A program made the translations under genes and the position numbers. 64,000 nt of DNA from an uncultured Actinomycetes bacterium (GTDB lineage: Bacteria > Actinomycetota > UBA4738 > HRBIN12): assembly GCA_963821935.1 (NCBI GenBank), contig CAWGFM010000001.1, positions 104-64,103 of the forward strand, read 5' to 3'. Every line of letters starts with the position of its first letter. Within the stretch, counting starts at the first letter, position 1. The notes beneath the pieces are model-generated. The model had not been told where the DNA came from and did not search any database. It worked only from the letters and a program-made list of their open reading frames with translations. Shown piece after piece: positions 21,421-31,287 of the stretch.

Positions 21421-22113
21421 GTGCGGGTCGTGACGACGATGCTGGGGGTGGCGTTCACCTGGCTCGGCGTGCGCCTGGCCCTCTACATGCTCGTGTCCCT
21501 CGCGATCGGCATGTCTCTTCGTGAGTACGCCCTGGCGTCGGCGGCCACCCGGATGGGTGATGCCACCCCTCGTCTCTGGGGCCGGCTCACCGTGAGCCCC
21601 AAGGGCTGGTTCGAACCGTTCGGGAGCGGCTTGGTCCCGGTCCTCATCGCGATCCTGTGGTCGGTGCAGTATTGGGTGATCCCAGCGGCATACGCGAAGC
21701 CCGCGCCGATCGACACGGGCCGCCTGCGAGGTGGGAACCGGGGTGTCGTCGTCGTTTCGCTCGCCGGACCACTCGCCACGCTTCTGCTCGGGGCGGCGGC
21801 GGGTCTGTTGGTTCGCGTGGGGTCGGCGTTGCCCACCGAGGCCGTGTTGTTCGCGCTGGTCCTGTCCTACACCAGTATGTCGCTGGTGGTGTTCCACCTG
21901 CTCCCGATCCCTGGCCTGGACGGTGCTCGGCTGGTGGCGCTGCTGCTGCCCCCTCAGGCACGCGAGGTCTACCGGAACGCCGACAAGTACCTGCCGTTGT
22001 TCGTCCTGGTGGCGCTGTTCGTGTTCAGCACGCTGATCCTGGGCTTCCTGACATCGATCGCGAGCGCGCTGTGCAACGCCGCCACCGGGGGAGGCTGCGA
22101 CGTCTTCACGTAG
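21421..22113 (+). CDS. Site-2 protease (M50) family membrane protein with degenerate active site
   Basis: GDATPR..GRLT, VSLAGP, FHLLPIPGLDG; HExxH position reads REYAL. Confidence 0.8.
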   Translation: MRVVTTMLGVAFTWLGVRLALYMLVSLAIGMSLREYALASAATRMGDATPRLWGRLTVSPKGWFEPFGSGLVPVLIAILWSVQYWVIPAAYAKPAPIDTGRLRGGNRGVVVVSLAGPLATLLLGAAAGLLVRVGSALPTEAVLFALVLSYTSMSLVVFHLLPIPGLDGARLVALLLPPQAREVYRNADKYLPLFVLVALFVFSTLILGFLTSIASALCNAATGGGCDVFT

Positions 22114-22171
22114 TGACCGGTTCACCGCGGCCTGCGAAGGCAGCCGTCACCCCCGCGCTATCATCGCCCGC

Positions 22172-23218
22172 ATCGACACCCCAGCCTCCATCGACCGAGC
22201 CTCCGCCGCGACCGACACCGGTCGTGGCCGTGTACTGACGGGCTTCCGTCCCACCGGATCGCTCCACATCGGCCATTGGGCTGGCAACGTGGGCAACGCG
22301 GTGCGGCTGCAGGATGAGGGTTACGACTGCTGCTACTTCATCGCCGACTGGCACATGCTCACGACCGATTACGATCGCACCGACCGCCTGCCCCAACGCG
22401 TGCGCGAGCTGGCCGCCGACCTGATCGCCGCCGGGATCGACCCCGAGCGCTCGACGCTGTACCGCCAGTCGGACCTGCCGGAGGTCGCCGAGATGTCGCT
22501 GCTCCTCAGCATGATCACGCCGCTGGGCTGGCTCGAGAGGGTACCCACCTATAAGGAGCGGCTGCGCGACCTCGCGGAGCGAGACATCGCCAACCTCGGC
22601 CTGCTGGCCTACCCGGTGCTGCAGACGGTGGACATCACGATCGTGCAAGGCCGCTTCGTGCCGGTGGGGGAGGATCAGGTCTCCCACCTGGAGATCAGCC
22701 GCGAGATCGTTCGCCGCTTCAACCGGCTCTACGGCGAGGTGCTGGTCGAGCCGCAGGCGCTGCTCTCGGATACCCCCATGCTCCCCGGCGCTGACGGACG
22801 GAAGATGTCGAAGTCGCTCGACAACTCGATCGGGTTGAGGGATGAGCCGGACCAGATCCGTGCGAAGGTGCGATCGTTCATGACCGACCCGCAGAAGGTG
22901 CGGCGGGGTGACCCCGGCCGACCCGAGATCTGTCCGATCTTCGCCCTCCATCGCCGGTTCTCGCCCGATGACGTGCCCAGGATCGACGCCGAATGCAGGA
23001 CCGGGGAGCTGGGATGCGTCGACTGCAAGTCGATCCTGGCCGAGCATCTGATCGAGCAGCTCGCCGAGTTCCGCGAGCGCCGGGCCCAGCTCGAGGCAGA
23101 CCCCGGCTACCTCGACTCGGTGCTGGACGAGGGAGCGGCGCGGGTTCGTCCACTCGTGCAGGGAACGATGGAGTCCGTGCGGGACGCGATGCACCTGACG
23201 ACCGGGGGATCGATGTGA
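22172..23218 (+). CDS. trpS: Tryptophan--tRNA ligase (start codon unresolved)
   Basis: VLTGFRPTGSLHIGH lies in frame upstream of the first GTG (22289); VPVGEDQ, KMSKS. Confidence 0.93.
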   Translation: MDTPASIDRASAATDTGRGRVLTGFRPTGSLHIGHWAGNVGNAVRLQDEGYDCCYFIADWHMLTTDYDRTDRLPQRVRELAADLIAAGIDPERSTLYRQSDLPEVAEMSLLLSMITPLGWLERVPTYKERLRDLAERDIANLGLLAYPVLQTVDITIVQGRFVPVGEDQVSHLEISREIVRRFNRLYGEVLVEPQALLSDTPMLPGADGRKMSKSLDNSIGLRDEPDQIRAKVRSFMTDPQKVRRGDPGRPEICPIFALHRRFSPDDVPRIDAECRTGELGCVDCKSILAEHLIEQLAEFRERRAQLEADPGYLDSVLDEGAARVRPLVQGTMESVRDAMHLTTGGSM

Positions 23219-23979
23219 GCGACGCCACCGCCGCTGCGCCGACCCCTCCCACCCAGGCCGGCAGCTTCCCGGTCGAGCTTGCCGTGTTCACTGGACCGTT
23301 CCGACTCCTCGCCGATCTGATCCTGGAGCAGAAGGTCGACGTGTGCGACGTGCGCATCGCCGAGGTCACGAACGGGTATCTCGGGCGGGCGGACGACGTG
23401 GAGCGCTGGAGTCTGGACGAGGCCACGTGGTTCCTGGCGATCTGTGCGGTCCTGCTGGAGCTGAAGGTCGCGCGGCTCACGCCCAAGCACACCGAGCTCG
23501 ACGAGGACGATCTGCTGGGCGGTTCACCGGACCTGGCGTATGCACGTTCCCTCGAGCTGGCCGCGTATCGCAAGGTGGCGATCGAGATCGCGCGACGGCT
23601 GGAGGATGAAGCGGGCTACTTCGCCCGCGATGTCGGTCCTGGCCCCGAGTTCTCCAACCTCTACCCGGACCCCATGGCCCACCTCGAGCCTGACGGACTG
23701 GCGGCGCTCGCTGCGGCGATGCTGCGACCCCCGCCGACCCTGGACCTCTCGCACGTCACGCCGATCCGCTACACGGTGGTCGAGGCCATGACGACGCTCC
23801 AGGATCGGATGCACTCGTTCGGCAGGGGCGCGACCTTCCGCGAGCTGGTGGCGGACTGCGAGGAACGGATCCACGTGGTGGTGCGGTTCCTGGCGATCCT
23901 GGAGCTCTACCGAGAGGGCAAGGTGGAGCTGGCCCAGGCTCCGACGTTCGGCGAGATCGAGGTGGCGTGGACCGGATGA
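23215..23979 (+). CDS. scpA: Segregation and condensation protein A
   Basis: FTGPFRLL, VRFLAILEL, Q..TFGEI; GTGA overlap with trpS. Confidence 0.92.
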   Translation: MSDATAAAPTPPTQAGSFPVELAVFTGPFRLLADLILEQKVDVCDVRIAEVTNGYLGRADDVERWSLDEATWFLAICAVLLELKVARLTPKHTELDEDDLLGGSPDLAYARSLELAAYRKVAIEIARRLEDEAGYFARDVGPGPEFSNLYPDPMAHLEPDGLAALAAAMLRPPPTLDLSHVTPIRYTVVEAMTTLQDRMHSFGRGATFRELVADCEERIHVVVRFLAILELYREGKVELAQAPTFGEIEVAWTG

Positions 23980-24575
23980 GGGCCTCGGATCCCGACCCAG
24001 CTCCTCAGGAGACGCGCGACACCCGGGCGCTCGAGGCATTGTTCTTCGTGTCCGACGAGCCGCTGACGTCCTCGGTGATCGCTCAGGCTCTCGATACGGA
24101 CCGCAGGACGGTCGATGCGTTGTGCGAGCGGCTGGAACAGGAGTTGGTGGAACGCGGGTCCGGGTTGGTCCTTCGCAGCGTGGCGGGTGGATGGCGGCTG
24201 TTCACTCATCCGGACGTCGCCTCGATCGTCGAGCAGTTCGTCCTATCGTCGCGGCAGGCGCGTCTGACCAAGGCGGCCCTCGAGACGCTGGGGATCGTCG
24301 CCTACAAGCAACCGGTGACACGCCACCAGGTGAGCGGCATCCGAGGGGTGAACTCCGACGGGGTCCTGCGCGCGCTCGTGGATCGAGGGCTGATCGAGGA
24401 GGCGGGCCGGGAGAACGCGCCCGGGCGGCCGATGCTCTACGCCACCACACCGGCGTTCCTGGAGCGACTCGGCCTCCCGTCGCTCGCATCGTTGCCCTCG
24501 CTCGCCCCCCTGCTGGGACCGGACGCCGACGAGGATCGCGAGCGCCTCGAAGAGCCGGATCCCGGCGACCGCTGA
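23976..24575 (+). CDS. scpB: Segregation and condensation protein B
   Basis: LEALFF, AALETLGIVAYKQPVTR, IRGVNS, GRPMLYATT. Confidence 0.95.
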   Translation: MRASDPDPAPQETRDTRALEALFFVSDEPLTSSVIAQALDTDRRTVDALCERLEQELVERGSGLVLRSVAGGWRLFTHPDVASIVEQFVLSSRQARLTKAALETLGIVAYKQPVTRHQVSGIRGVNSDGVLRALVDRGLIEEAGRENAPGRPMLYATTPAFLERLGLPSLASLPSLAPLLGPDADEDRERLEEPDPGDR

Positions 24576-24578
24576 ATC

Positions 24579-25301
24579 GTGACCGAGGAGCGAGTGCAAC
24601 GAGCCCTCGCACGGGCAGGCTTCGGGTCCAGGCGTGCATGCGAAGAAATGATCGTGCAGGGCAGGGTCACCGTGGAGGGGATGGTCGCGACGCTGGGCGA
24701 CAAGATCGATCCGACCGAGGCCTCGGTCGAGGTCGACGGGCTCACCGTGAACCTCGACCCGACCATCAGGTACTACGCCCTGCACAAGCCGGTCGGCGTG
24801 GTCACGACGATGCGCGATCCACAGGGCCGGCCCGACATGCGGTCGCTGCTGCCCCACGACGGTCCGAGGGTGTTCCCGGTGGGCAGGCTGGACCGGGACA
24901 GCGAGGGACTGCTCCTGCTCACGAACGACGGTGACCTGGCGAACCGGATCATGCACCCGCGCCACGGGGTGGAGAAGGAATACCTCGCCGAGGTCGACGG
25001 CATCCCCACCGCGAAGCACCTCACGAGGCTCCGGTCCGGCGTCGAGCTCGACGACGGTCCGGCGTCCGCGGTGTCGGCGAAGATCGTGGCCACCTCCGGG
25101 GCTAAGGGGGCGATCAGCCTCGTCATGGCCGAGGGTCGCAAGCGTGAGGTGCGTCGGCTGCTCGAGGCGGTCGGCCTTCCCGTCACCCGGTTGGTGCGGC
25201 TCCGGGTCGGGCCGGTCAAGCTCGGCCAGCTCGCCGCCGGAGCGATCCGCGAGCTGACCCGCGAGGAGGTGCAGGCGCTCGCGCGGGTGGTGGCCGGGTA
25301 G
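24579..25301 (+). CDS. rluB: rRNA pseudouridine synthase (RluB/RsuA family)
   Basis: S4 domain SRRACE, PVGRLDRDSEGLLLLTNDG, EGRKREVRR. Confidence 0.88.
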   Translation: MTEERVQRALARAGFGSRRACEEMIVQGRVTVEGMVATLGDKIDPTEASVEVDGLTVNLDPTIRYYALHKPVGVVTTMRDPQGRPDMRSLLPHDGPRVFPVGRLDRDSEGLLLLTNDGDLANRIMHPRHGVEKEYLAEVDGIPTAKHLTRLRSGVELDDGPASAVSAKIVATSGAKGAISLVMAEGRKREVRRLLEAVGLPVTRLVRLRVGPVKLGQLAAGAIRELTREEVQALARVVAG

Positions 25302-25311
25302 GGTTTCGCCC

Positions 25312-25674
25312 GTGAAGGTTCGGGCGGCCCGCGGCGCGATCGCGGTGGCAGAGGACTCGCCTCCGAGCGTGTTCGACGCCACCGAACGGCTGTTGGGCGC
25401 CGTGATCGCCCGCAATCAGGTTCCGACCGAGGATCTCATCAGCGTCCTCTTCACCGCCACCGACGATCTCCGGTCGGCGTTCCCCGCCGAAGCGGCTCGC
25501 CGCATGGGGCTGGGATCCGTCCCGTTGATGTGTGCGCGTGAGATCCCCGTGGCCGGCGCCATGCCATCGGTGGTCCGGGTCCTGATCCACTTCCACACCG
25601 AGCTCGCGCTGGCCGACGTTCAACATGTGTACCTCGATGGCGCCGAGAGCCTCCGTGACGACCTCGAGCACTGA
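25312..25674 (+). CDS. aroH: Chorismate mutase, AroH type
   Basis: RAARGAI, FTATDDL..AFPA, HVYL.GA..LR. Confidence 0.9.
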   Translation: MKVRAARGAIAVAEDSPPSVFDATERLLGAVIARNQVPTEDLISVLFTATDDLRSAFPAEAARRMGLGSVPLMCAREIPVAGAMPSVVRVLIHFHTELALADVQHVYLDGAESLRDDLEH

Positions 25675-26758
25675 GGTGCGTGTCGCGGTGATCGGCACGG
25701 GCCTGGTGGGCACCTCCGTCGCCCTCGCTGCCACCCGGGCGGGCGACCGCGTGCGCGGCTGGGACCTCGAGCCCGAGCGCGTCCGGCGTGCCGCCGAGCT
25801 CGGTGGTCTGGAGCAGGCCGCGAGCCTGCAGGATGCCGTGGACGGGGCCGACGTGGTCGTGATCGCCACTCCCATCGCCGCCGTTCCCGACCTGGTCCGC
25901 CAGGCGCTCCAGCTGGCCCCCGCAGCCGTCGTGTCGGACGTGGGAAGCGTCAAGTCCTCATTGGTGTCGGCCACACTCGGCGCGATCGGCGAACAGGACG
26001 CCGCCCGCTACGTGCCGGGACACCCGATGGGGGGCAGCGAGCGCTCCGGACCCGATCACGCGTCCGCATCCATGGTCGACGGCATCGTGTGGGTGTTGAC
26101 CCCGACCGAGCGGTCCGCCCACGAGATGGTCGAGCGATTCGAAGCGTGGGTGCGGGCGTTGGGCGCGGTCGCCGTGCGGATGGATCCGATGCGGCACGAC
26201 CGTTTGGTGGCGTTCGTGAGCCATCTGCCCCAGGTCGCGTCGACCGCGCTCATGGGGGTGGCCGCGACGGAGGAAGCCGATGAGCCTGAGATCCTGTTGC
26301 TGGCGGCGGGTGGATTCCGCGATCTCACCAGGTTGGCCGCCTCGAATCCGGCGCTCTGGAGCGAGATCCTGGTCTCCAACCGCGACGCGATCGCCGATGC
26401 GATCGACCTGTACGTGGCTCAGCTCGAGCGCCTTCGGGACCAGATCGTGAGCGAGCTCGGGAGCGATGTGACGGCGACGTTCGCCACGGCCAAGTCTGCG
26501 CGGCTGCGGCTGGCGGCGAAACCGAAGGTGCGTTCCGGCGTGGCCGTGCTCCAGGTGGAGCTGCCCGATCGCCCCGGCGCCCTCGCACACCTCACGGTTG
26601 CACTGGGCGAGGGGCATGTGAACATCGAGGACCTCCAGATCGTCCACTCGCCGGAAGGGGGCCGGGGGACCGTGCACCTGACGGTGGCAGCCGACGACGC
26701 GACCTCGTCCGCCCAGGTGCTTCGGCAGGCCGGGTTCGATCCGGTCAGGTTGGCCTGA
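25655..26758 (+). CDS. tyrA: Prephenate dehydrogenase with ACT domain
   Basis: GTGLVG, DVGSVK, HPMGGSE, SHLPQ, FRDLTRLA, PDRPGAL. Confidence 0.92.
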   Translation: MTTSSTEVRVAVIGTGLVGTSVALAATRAGDRVRGWDLEPERVRRAAELGGLEQAASLQDAVDGADVVVIATPIAAVPDLVRQALQLAPAAVVSDVGSVKSSLVSATLGAIGEQDAARYVPGHPMGGSERSGPDHASASMVDGIVWVLTPTERSAHEMVERFEAWVRALGAVAVRMDPMRHDRLVAFVSHLPQVASTALMGVAATEEADEPEILLLAAGGFRDLTRLAASNPALWSEILVSNRDAIADAIDLYVAQLERLRDQIVSELGSDVTATFATAKSARLRLAAKPKVRSGVAVLQVELPDRPGALAHLTVALGEGHVNIEDLQIVHSPEGGRGTVHLTVAADDATSSAQVLRQAGFDPVRLA

Positions 26759-26768
26759 GGTCGGGGCC

Positions 26769-28139
26769 GTGCGGGTTCGGATCACGCCGGCGGGAACCCT
26801 CGGCGGCACCGTGCGTGTGCCGGGCGACAAGTCCATCGCTCATCGTTGGTTGATCCTGGCCGCCACCGCCCAGGGACGTAGCGCTCTGGTTGACCTTCCT
26901 CCCTCTCTCGATGTGCGCTCGACGGCATCGTGTCTCGCGACGATGGTTCGCAGTGCTCGACCTGCACTCGAAGCCTGGGGTTCGGACGATCCGCCCGGGG
27001 GCGAGGGTCACGGTTCCACGTGGAACGTGAGGGTTCAGGGATCGGGCAGAACGGCACTTGCAGTCAAGGGTGAGGGCAGGTCGAGGCTCGTCGAGCCCGA
27101 TGGTCCACTCGACTGCGGTAACTCGGGCACGACCATGCGGCTCTTGTCCGGGATCGTGGCCGCGGCCCCGTTCCACTCGGTGTTGACCGGCGATGCCAGC
27201 CTGCGGACGCGCCCGATGGAACGCGTCGCGGCGCCGCTGCGCGCGATGGGTGCCACGATCGAAACGAACGACGGCCGAGCGCCGCTCCATGTCGATGGAG
27301 GCTCCCTTCGGGGCGGCCGGTACGAGGCGTCCGTGCCGACGGCGCAGGTGAAGTCCGCTGTGTTGCTGGCCGGCCTGGACGCCGACGGTGAGACGACGGT
27401 CGTCGAACCCGAACCCACCCGCGATCACACCGAGCGCGCCCTGCGGGCGCTGGGCGGCCCGGTCGTCCTCGATGGTTCCACGATCACCGTGTCACGCTTC
27501 CAGCAGGGCGGCTTCGACGGCTCGGTCCCCGGCGATCCGTCGTCCGCGGCATTCGTGATCGCGGCGGCAGCCCTCACCGGCTCGGAGGTCACGATCGAGG
27601 GCGTGGGGCTCAACCCCACCCGCCTGCACTTCCTCGACGTGATGGCGCGTATGGGCGTGCATACGGAACGGCGCATCGAACGATCCGAGGTAGGTGAGCC
27701 GGTCGGTGATCTCTGGGTGGCTCCATGCCCAGGCCTGCGGCCGGTCCGTGTCGCAGCGTCCGAGATCGCCTCGGTGATCGATGAGATCCCGATCCTGGCG
27801 ATGCTCGCACAGCACGCCGACGGCGACTCCTGGTTCCTGGGTGTGGCGGAGCTCAAGGTGAAGGAATCCGACCGCCTGGCGGCGATCGCCGAGGGCATCC
27901 TCGACCTCGGTGGCCACGCGGGCGCCGAGGGGGCCGACCTGGTCGTGGCGGGCGGAGGCTTGGAAGGCGGGACCGGCCGGTCCGGCGGGGACCATCGCAT
28001 GGCGATGGCGCTCATGGTGGCAGCGCTCCGTGCGCGTGGGCCGGTCGAGATCCACGGCGTCGAGTCCGCCGATGTCTCGTTCCCGGGGTTCGTTCCGACG
28101 CTGAACGCCTTGGGGGCCTCGATCGAGGTGGTCGCATGA
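26769..28139 (+). CDS. aroA: EPSP synthase
   Basis: PGDKSIAHR, CGNSGTTMRL, AQVKSA, RDHTE, KESDR, DHRMAM. Confidence 0.95.
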   Translation: MRVRITPAGTLGGTVRVPGDKSIAHRWLILAATAQGRSALVDLPPSLDVRSTASCLATMVRSARPALEAWGSDDPPGGEGHGSTWNVRVQGSGRTALAVKGEGRSRLVEPDGPLDCGNSGTTMRLLSGIVAAAPFHSVLTGDASLRTRPMERVAAPLRAMGATIETNDGRAPLHVDGGSLRGGRYEASVPTAQVKSAVLLAGLDADGETTVVEPEPTRDHTERALRALGGPVVLDGSTITVSRFQQGGFDGSVPGDPSSAAFVIAAAALTGSEVTIEGVGLNPTRLHFLDVMARMGVHTERRIERSEVGEPVGDLWVAPCPGLRPVRVAASEIASVIDEIPILAMLAQHADGDSWFLGVAELKVKESDRLAAIAEGILDLGGHAGAEGADLVVAGGGLEGGTGRSGGDHRMAMALMVAALRARGPVEIHGVESADVSFPGFVPTLNALGASIEVVA

Positions 28140-28816
28140 CGGCTGGCCCGGTCCGAGTGGTCGCGATCGATGGCGCGGCCGGCAGCGGCAAGAGCACGCT
28201 GGCTCGTGGACTTGCCGCGCGGCTGGCGCTCCCGTACATCAACACGGGGCTCATGTACCGAGCGCTCACGGCCGCGGCCCTGGCCGAAAGCGCCTCGATC
28301 GACGACGAACCGCGCCTGGTGACCGTGATGGCGCGATTGAGGTTCAGCCTGGATGACTCGACGCCTCCGCAGCTCCAGGTCGACGGTTGGAGCGGTGAGG
28401 ACTTGGTGACCCTCGACGTCGAGGCGAACGTCTCGTCGGTGGCCCGCCACCCAGGCGTCCGCACCCTCATGCGCGCCGTGCAGCGACGGATGGGTATCGA
28501 GCATGGCGCCGTGATGGAGGGTCGAGACATCGGCTCGGTGGTGTTCGACGATGCGCCGGTCAAGCTCTATCTGGAAGCGGACCCCACCGCGAGGGCGAAC
28601 CGTCGAGTCAGCGAACGGAAGGACGTCCGTTCGGGCGGTGACGAGGAAGCCGTGGGACGTGCCCTGCTGCGCCGTGATGAACGCGATGCGATGACCAATC
28701 CTCACGTGCCCGCCGACGGCGCCATCGTGATCGACACCACCGACCTGGACGCTGAGGAGACCCTTCGAGCGGCGCTGGTGGCCGTCGAAGCGAGCGCACC
28801 GGAGCTGATCGCGTGA
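28136..28816 (+). CDS. cmk: Cytidylate kinase
   Basis: IDGAAGSGKST, GLMYRA, MEGRDIG. Confidence 0.95.
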   Translation: MTAGPVRVVAIDGAAGSGKSTLARGLAARLALPYINTGLMYRALTAAALAESASIDDEPRLVTVMARLRFSLDDSTPPQLQVDGWSGEDLVTLDVEANVSSVARHPGVRTLMRAVQRRMGIEHGAVMEGRDIGSVVFDDAPVKLYLEADPTARANRRVSERKDVRSGGDEEAVGRALLRRDERDAMTNPHVPADGAIVIDTTDLDAEETLRAALVAVEASAPELIA

Positions 28817-30132
28817 GTGCGGATGCTGCAGCCAGGGTTCCGCGCATCGCGATCGTGGGCCGGCAGAACGTGGGCAAGTCCACGCTGGCCAACCGGCTCT
28901 TCGGGGGCCGGGAGGCGATCGCACACGATCTGCCCGGCGTGACGCGCGATCGCGTGGAGCTCGAGGCCGTGTGGCGAGGGCGGCGGTTCGGGTTGGTCGA
29001 CACCGCCGGATTCCTGTCCCGGGCCAGCGGCGTCGAGGCGCTGGCGGGTGCCCAGGCCGACCGCGCGATCCGTGACGCCGACCTCATCCTGTTGGTGGTC
29101 GACGCCTCGAGCGGCATCACCGAAGAGGACGGCGTGCTCGCGCGCAGGGTGCAGCGAGCGCCCGTCCCGGTGCTGCTGGTCGCCAACAAGGTGGATTCGG
29201 ACCGTGACGAGGCCGACGCAGCGACGTTCAACGCGCTTGGGCTGGGTGAGCCCTTCGCCGTGTCCGGCATGCATGGTCGCGCGACCGGCGACCTGCTCGA
29301 CCGCATCGTGGAGCTCTTGCCCGATGCGCCGGCTTCGATGGATGGAGCCGATCCGTTCCCCAGGTTCGCGATCGTCGGGAGACCGAACGTCGGCAAGTCC
29401 AGCCTGTTCAACCGGTTGATCGGACGAGACCGCACGGTCGTCGCGCCCGATGCCGGCACCACACGCGATGCTGTCGACGACGTCGTGGAGTGGCCGGACG
29501 GCCCCGTTCGTTTCGTGGACACCGCCGGCATGCGCCGTGAGGTGACGGTCAAAGGGGTGGAGTACTTCAGCTTCGTCCGCGCCACTCAGGCGATCGATCG
29601 GGCCGACGTGGCGGTCGTGGTGATCGAAGCCCCCGAAGGCTTCACCGTGGAGGACAAGAAGATCGCCAACAGGGTGATGGAAGCCGGTCGCGCCTTGGTG
29701 CTGGTGGCCAACAAATGGGATCTGGTCGAAGACAAGGACGACGTGTACCGCGACCTGACCCGCACCGTCACCCAGTTCGCGAACGCCACGGTCATGCGGA
29801 CCTCGGCCACAGGTGGACGAGGGGTGCACCGTCTGCCGCCGGTGCTGCTCGACCTCCACGGTCGATGGACCTCGAGGGTGCCGACCTCGAAGGTCAACGC
29901 CGTGATCCAGCAAGCACAGCGGGAACGTCCCACGCCCCGGATCGCCGGCACGCTGCATTACGCCACCCAGGTTTCCTCAGGTCCCCCGACGTTCGCTATC
30001 TTCGGTGGCGCTCACGCTCCCGATCCCAGCTACCAGCGCTACCTGGAGAACCGCATCCGGCGCGAGTTCCACCTGGAAGGGGTTCCGATCCGCCTTCGGT
30101 TCCGCCCCCGGACGAAGAAGCCACGTCCCTAG
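28813..30132 (+). CDS. der: Ribosome biogenesis GTPase Der
   Basis: Two G domains (GRQNVGKST/DTAG/NKVD and GRPNVGKSS/DTAG/NKWD). Confidence 0.96.
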   Translation: MSADAAARVPRIAIVGRQNVGKSTLANRLFGGREAIAHDLPGVTRDRVELEAVWRGRRFGLVDTAGFLSRASGVEALAGAQADRAIRDADLILLVVDASSGITEEDGVLARRVQRAPVPVLLVANKVDSDRDEADAATFNALGLGEPFAVSGMHGRATGDLLDRIVELLPDAPASMDGADPFPRFAIVGRPNVGKSSLFNRLIGRDRTVVAPDAGTTRDAVDDVVEWPDGPVRFVDTAGMRREVTVKGVEYFSFVRATQAIDRADVAVVVIEAPEGFTVEDKKIANRVMEAGRALVLVANKWDLVEDKDDVYRDLTRTVTQFANATVMRTSATGGRGVHRLPPVLLDLHGRWTSRVPTSKVNAVIQQAQRERPTPRIAGTLHYATQVSSGPPTFAIFGGAHAPDPSYQRYLENRIRREFHLEGVPIRLRFRPRTKKPRP

Positions 30133-30161
30133 TCCATAGGGGCGGTACACTCGGGCGGCAT

Positions 30162-30236
30162 CGGGCCGTGGCGCAGCTTGGTTAGCGCGTCTGTCTGGGG
30201 GACAGAAGGTCGCCGGTTCGAATCCGGCCGGCCCGA
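30162..30236 (+). tRNA. tRNA-Pro(GGG)
   Basis: Acceptor CGGGCCG/CGGCCCG, anticodon arm TCTGT-CTGGGGG-ACAGA, T-loop GGTTCGAATCC; CCA not encoded; TACACT -10 at 30146. Confidence 0.96.
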
Positions 30237-30239
30237 CCG

Positions 30240-30824
30240 ATGAAGGGGAGCGGAGCGTCCGCGGCGGGATCGTCCGCGATCCTCACCGTTCCCAACCTGC
30301 TGTCCGGCATCCGAATCCTGCTCATCCCCGTGTTCTGCTGGCTCATCGTCGACCCGGACACGACCGGTGCGGGCATCGTGTTGTTCGGAGCGGTGGTCGC
30401 CACCGATTGGGTGGACGGTACCATCGCCCGGCGGACCGGCCAGGTCTCCGAACTGGGCAAGATCCTCGACCCCACGGCTGACCGACTGGCGATCGCGAGC
30501 GGGCTGATCGCCCTCATGGTCCGCGGCGCGTTCCCCGTCTGGGCGGGTCTGCTGATCCTGGTCCGCGACGCGGTGATCCTGATCGCTGGGGCCTACGTGT
30601 TGTTCAGTCGCCGCGTGCGCATCGACGTGCGTTATATCGGCAAGGTCGCCACGTTCTGCCTGATGGTGGCGGTGCCGGCGATCTCGTGGGCGCGACTCGG
30701 ATACCCCCTCACGGCACTGGCGGCGGCCAGCGGCTGGATCGCCTTCGGTGTGGGCATCGTGGAGTACTACATCACCGCGGTCATCTACGCCGTGGACATC
30801 CGGCGCGCGCTCGCTTCTCGGTGA
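30240..30824 (+). CDS. CDP-alcohol phosphatidyltransferase
   Basis: TVPNLLS..R, DWVDGTIAR...GKILDPTAD signature. Confidence 0.92.
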   Translation: MKGSGASAAGSSAILTVPNLLSGIRILLIPVFCWLIVDPDTTGAGIVLFGAVVATDWVDGTIARRTGQVSELGKILDPTADRLAIASGLIALMVRGAFPVWAGLLILVRDAVILIAGAYVLFSRRVRIDVRYIGKVATFCLMVAVPAISWARLGYPLTALAAASGWIAFGVGIVEYYITAVIYAVDIRRALASR

Positions 30825-30903
30825 AAACGAGGTCGCCGAGGGGTATCGTTCGTCCCGTTGCTGTTCGGCCGGGCCGCGGTGGGCCGGCCGGGAAGGAGGA
30901 CCG

Positions 30904-31287
30904 GTGGAGTTCCCTGACGATCTCCGCTACACGAAGGACCACGAGTGGGCGCGGGTCGAAGGCGGCCGGGTCCGCGTGGGGATCACCGACTTCGCGCAAG
31001 ACGCTCTCGGCGACGTCGTCTACGTAGATCTGCCGGAGGTGGGCGCCACGGTGAGGGCCAACCAGGCGTTCGGCGAGGTGGAATCGACCAAGTCGGTGTC
31101 CGACGTCTTCTGCCCCTTGTCCGGCACCATCGTGGAGCGGAACCCGCTGATCGACGAGCATCCTGAGCTCGTCAACGAGCAGCCCTACGGCGACGGCTGG
31201 TTGATCGTCGTGGAGCTCAGCGACGACGGTCAGCTGGACGATCTCATGGACGCTGCGGCCTACCGCTCATTCGCTATCGAGACTTGA
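30904..31287 (+). CDS. gcvH: Glycine cleavage system H protein
   Basis: HEW, GITDFAQDALGD, lipoyl motif VESTKSVSD; AGGAGG SD. Confidence 0.96.
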   Translation: MEFPDDLRYTKDHEWARVEGGRVRVGITDFAQDALGDVVYVDLPEVGATVRANQAFGEVESTKSVSDVFCPLSGTIVERNPLIDEHPELVNEQPYGDGWLIVVELSDDGQLDDLMDAAAYRSFAIET

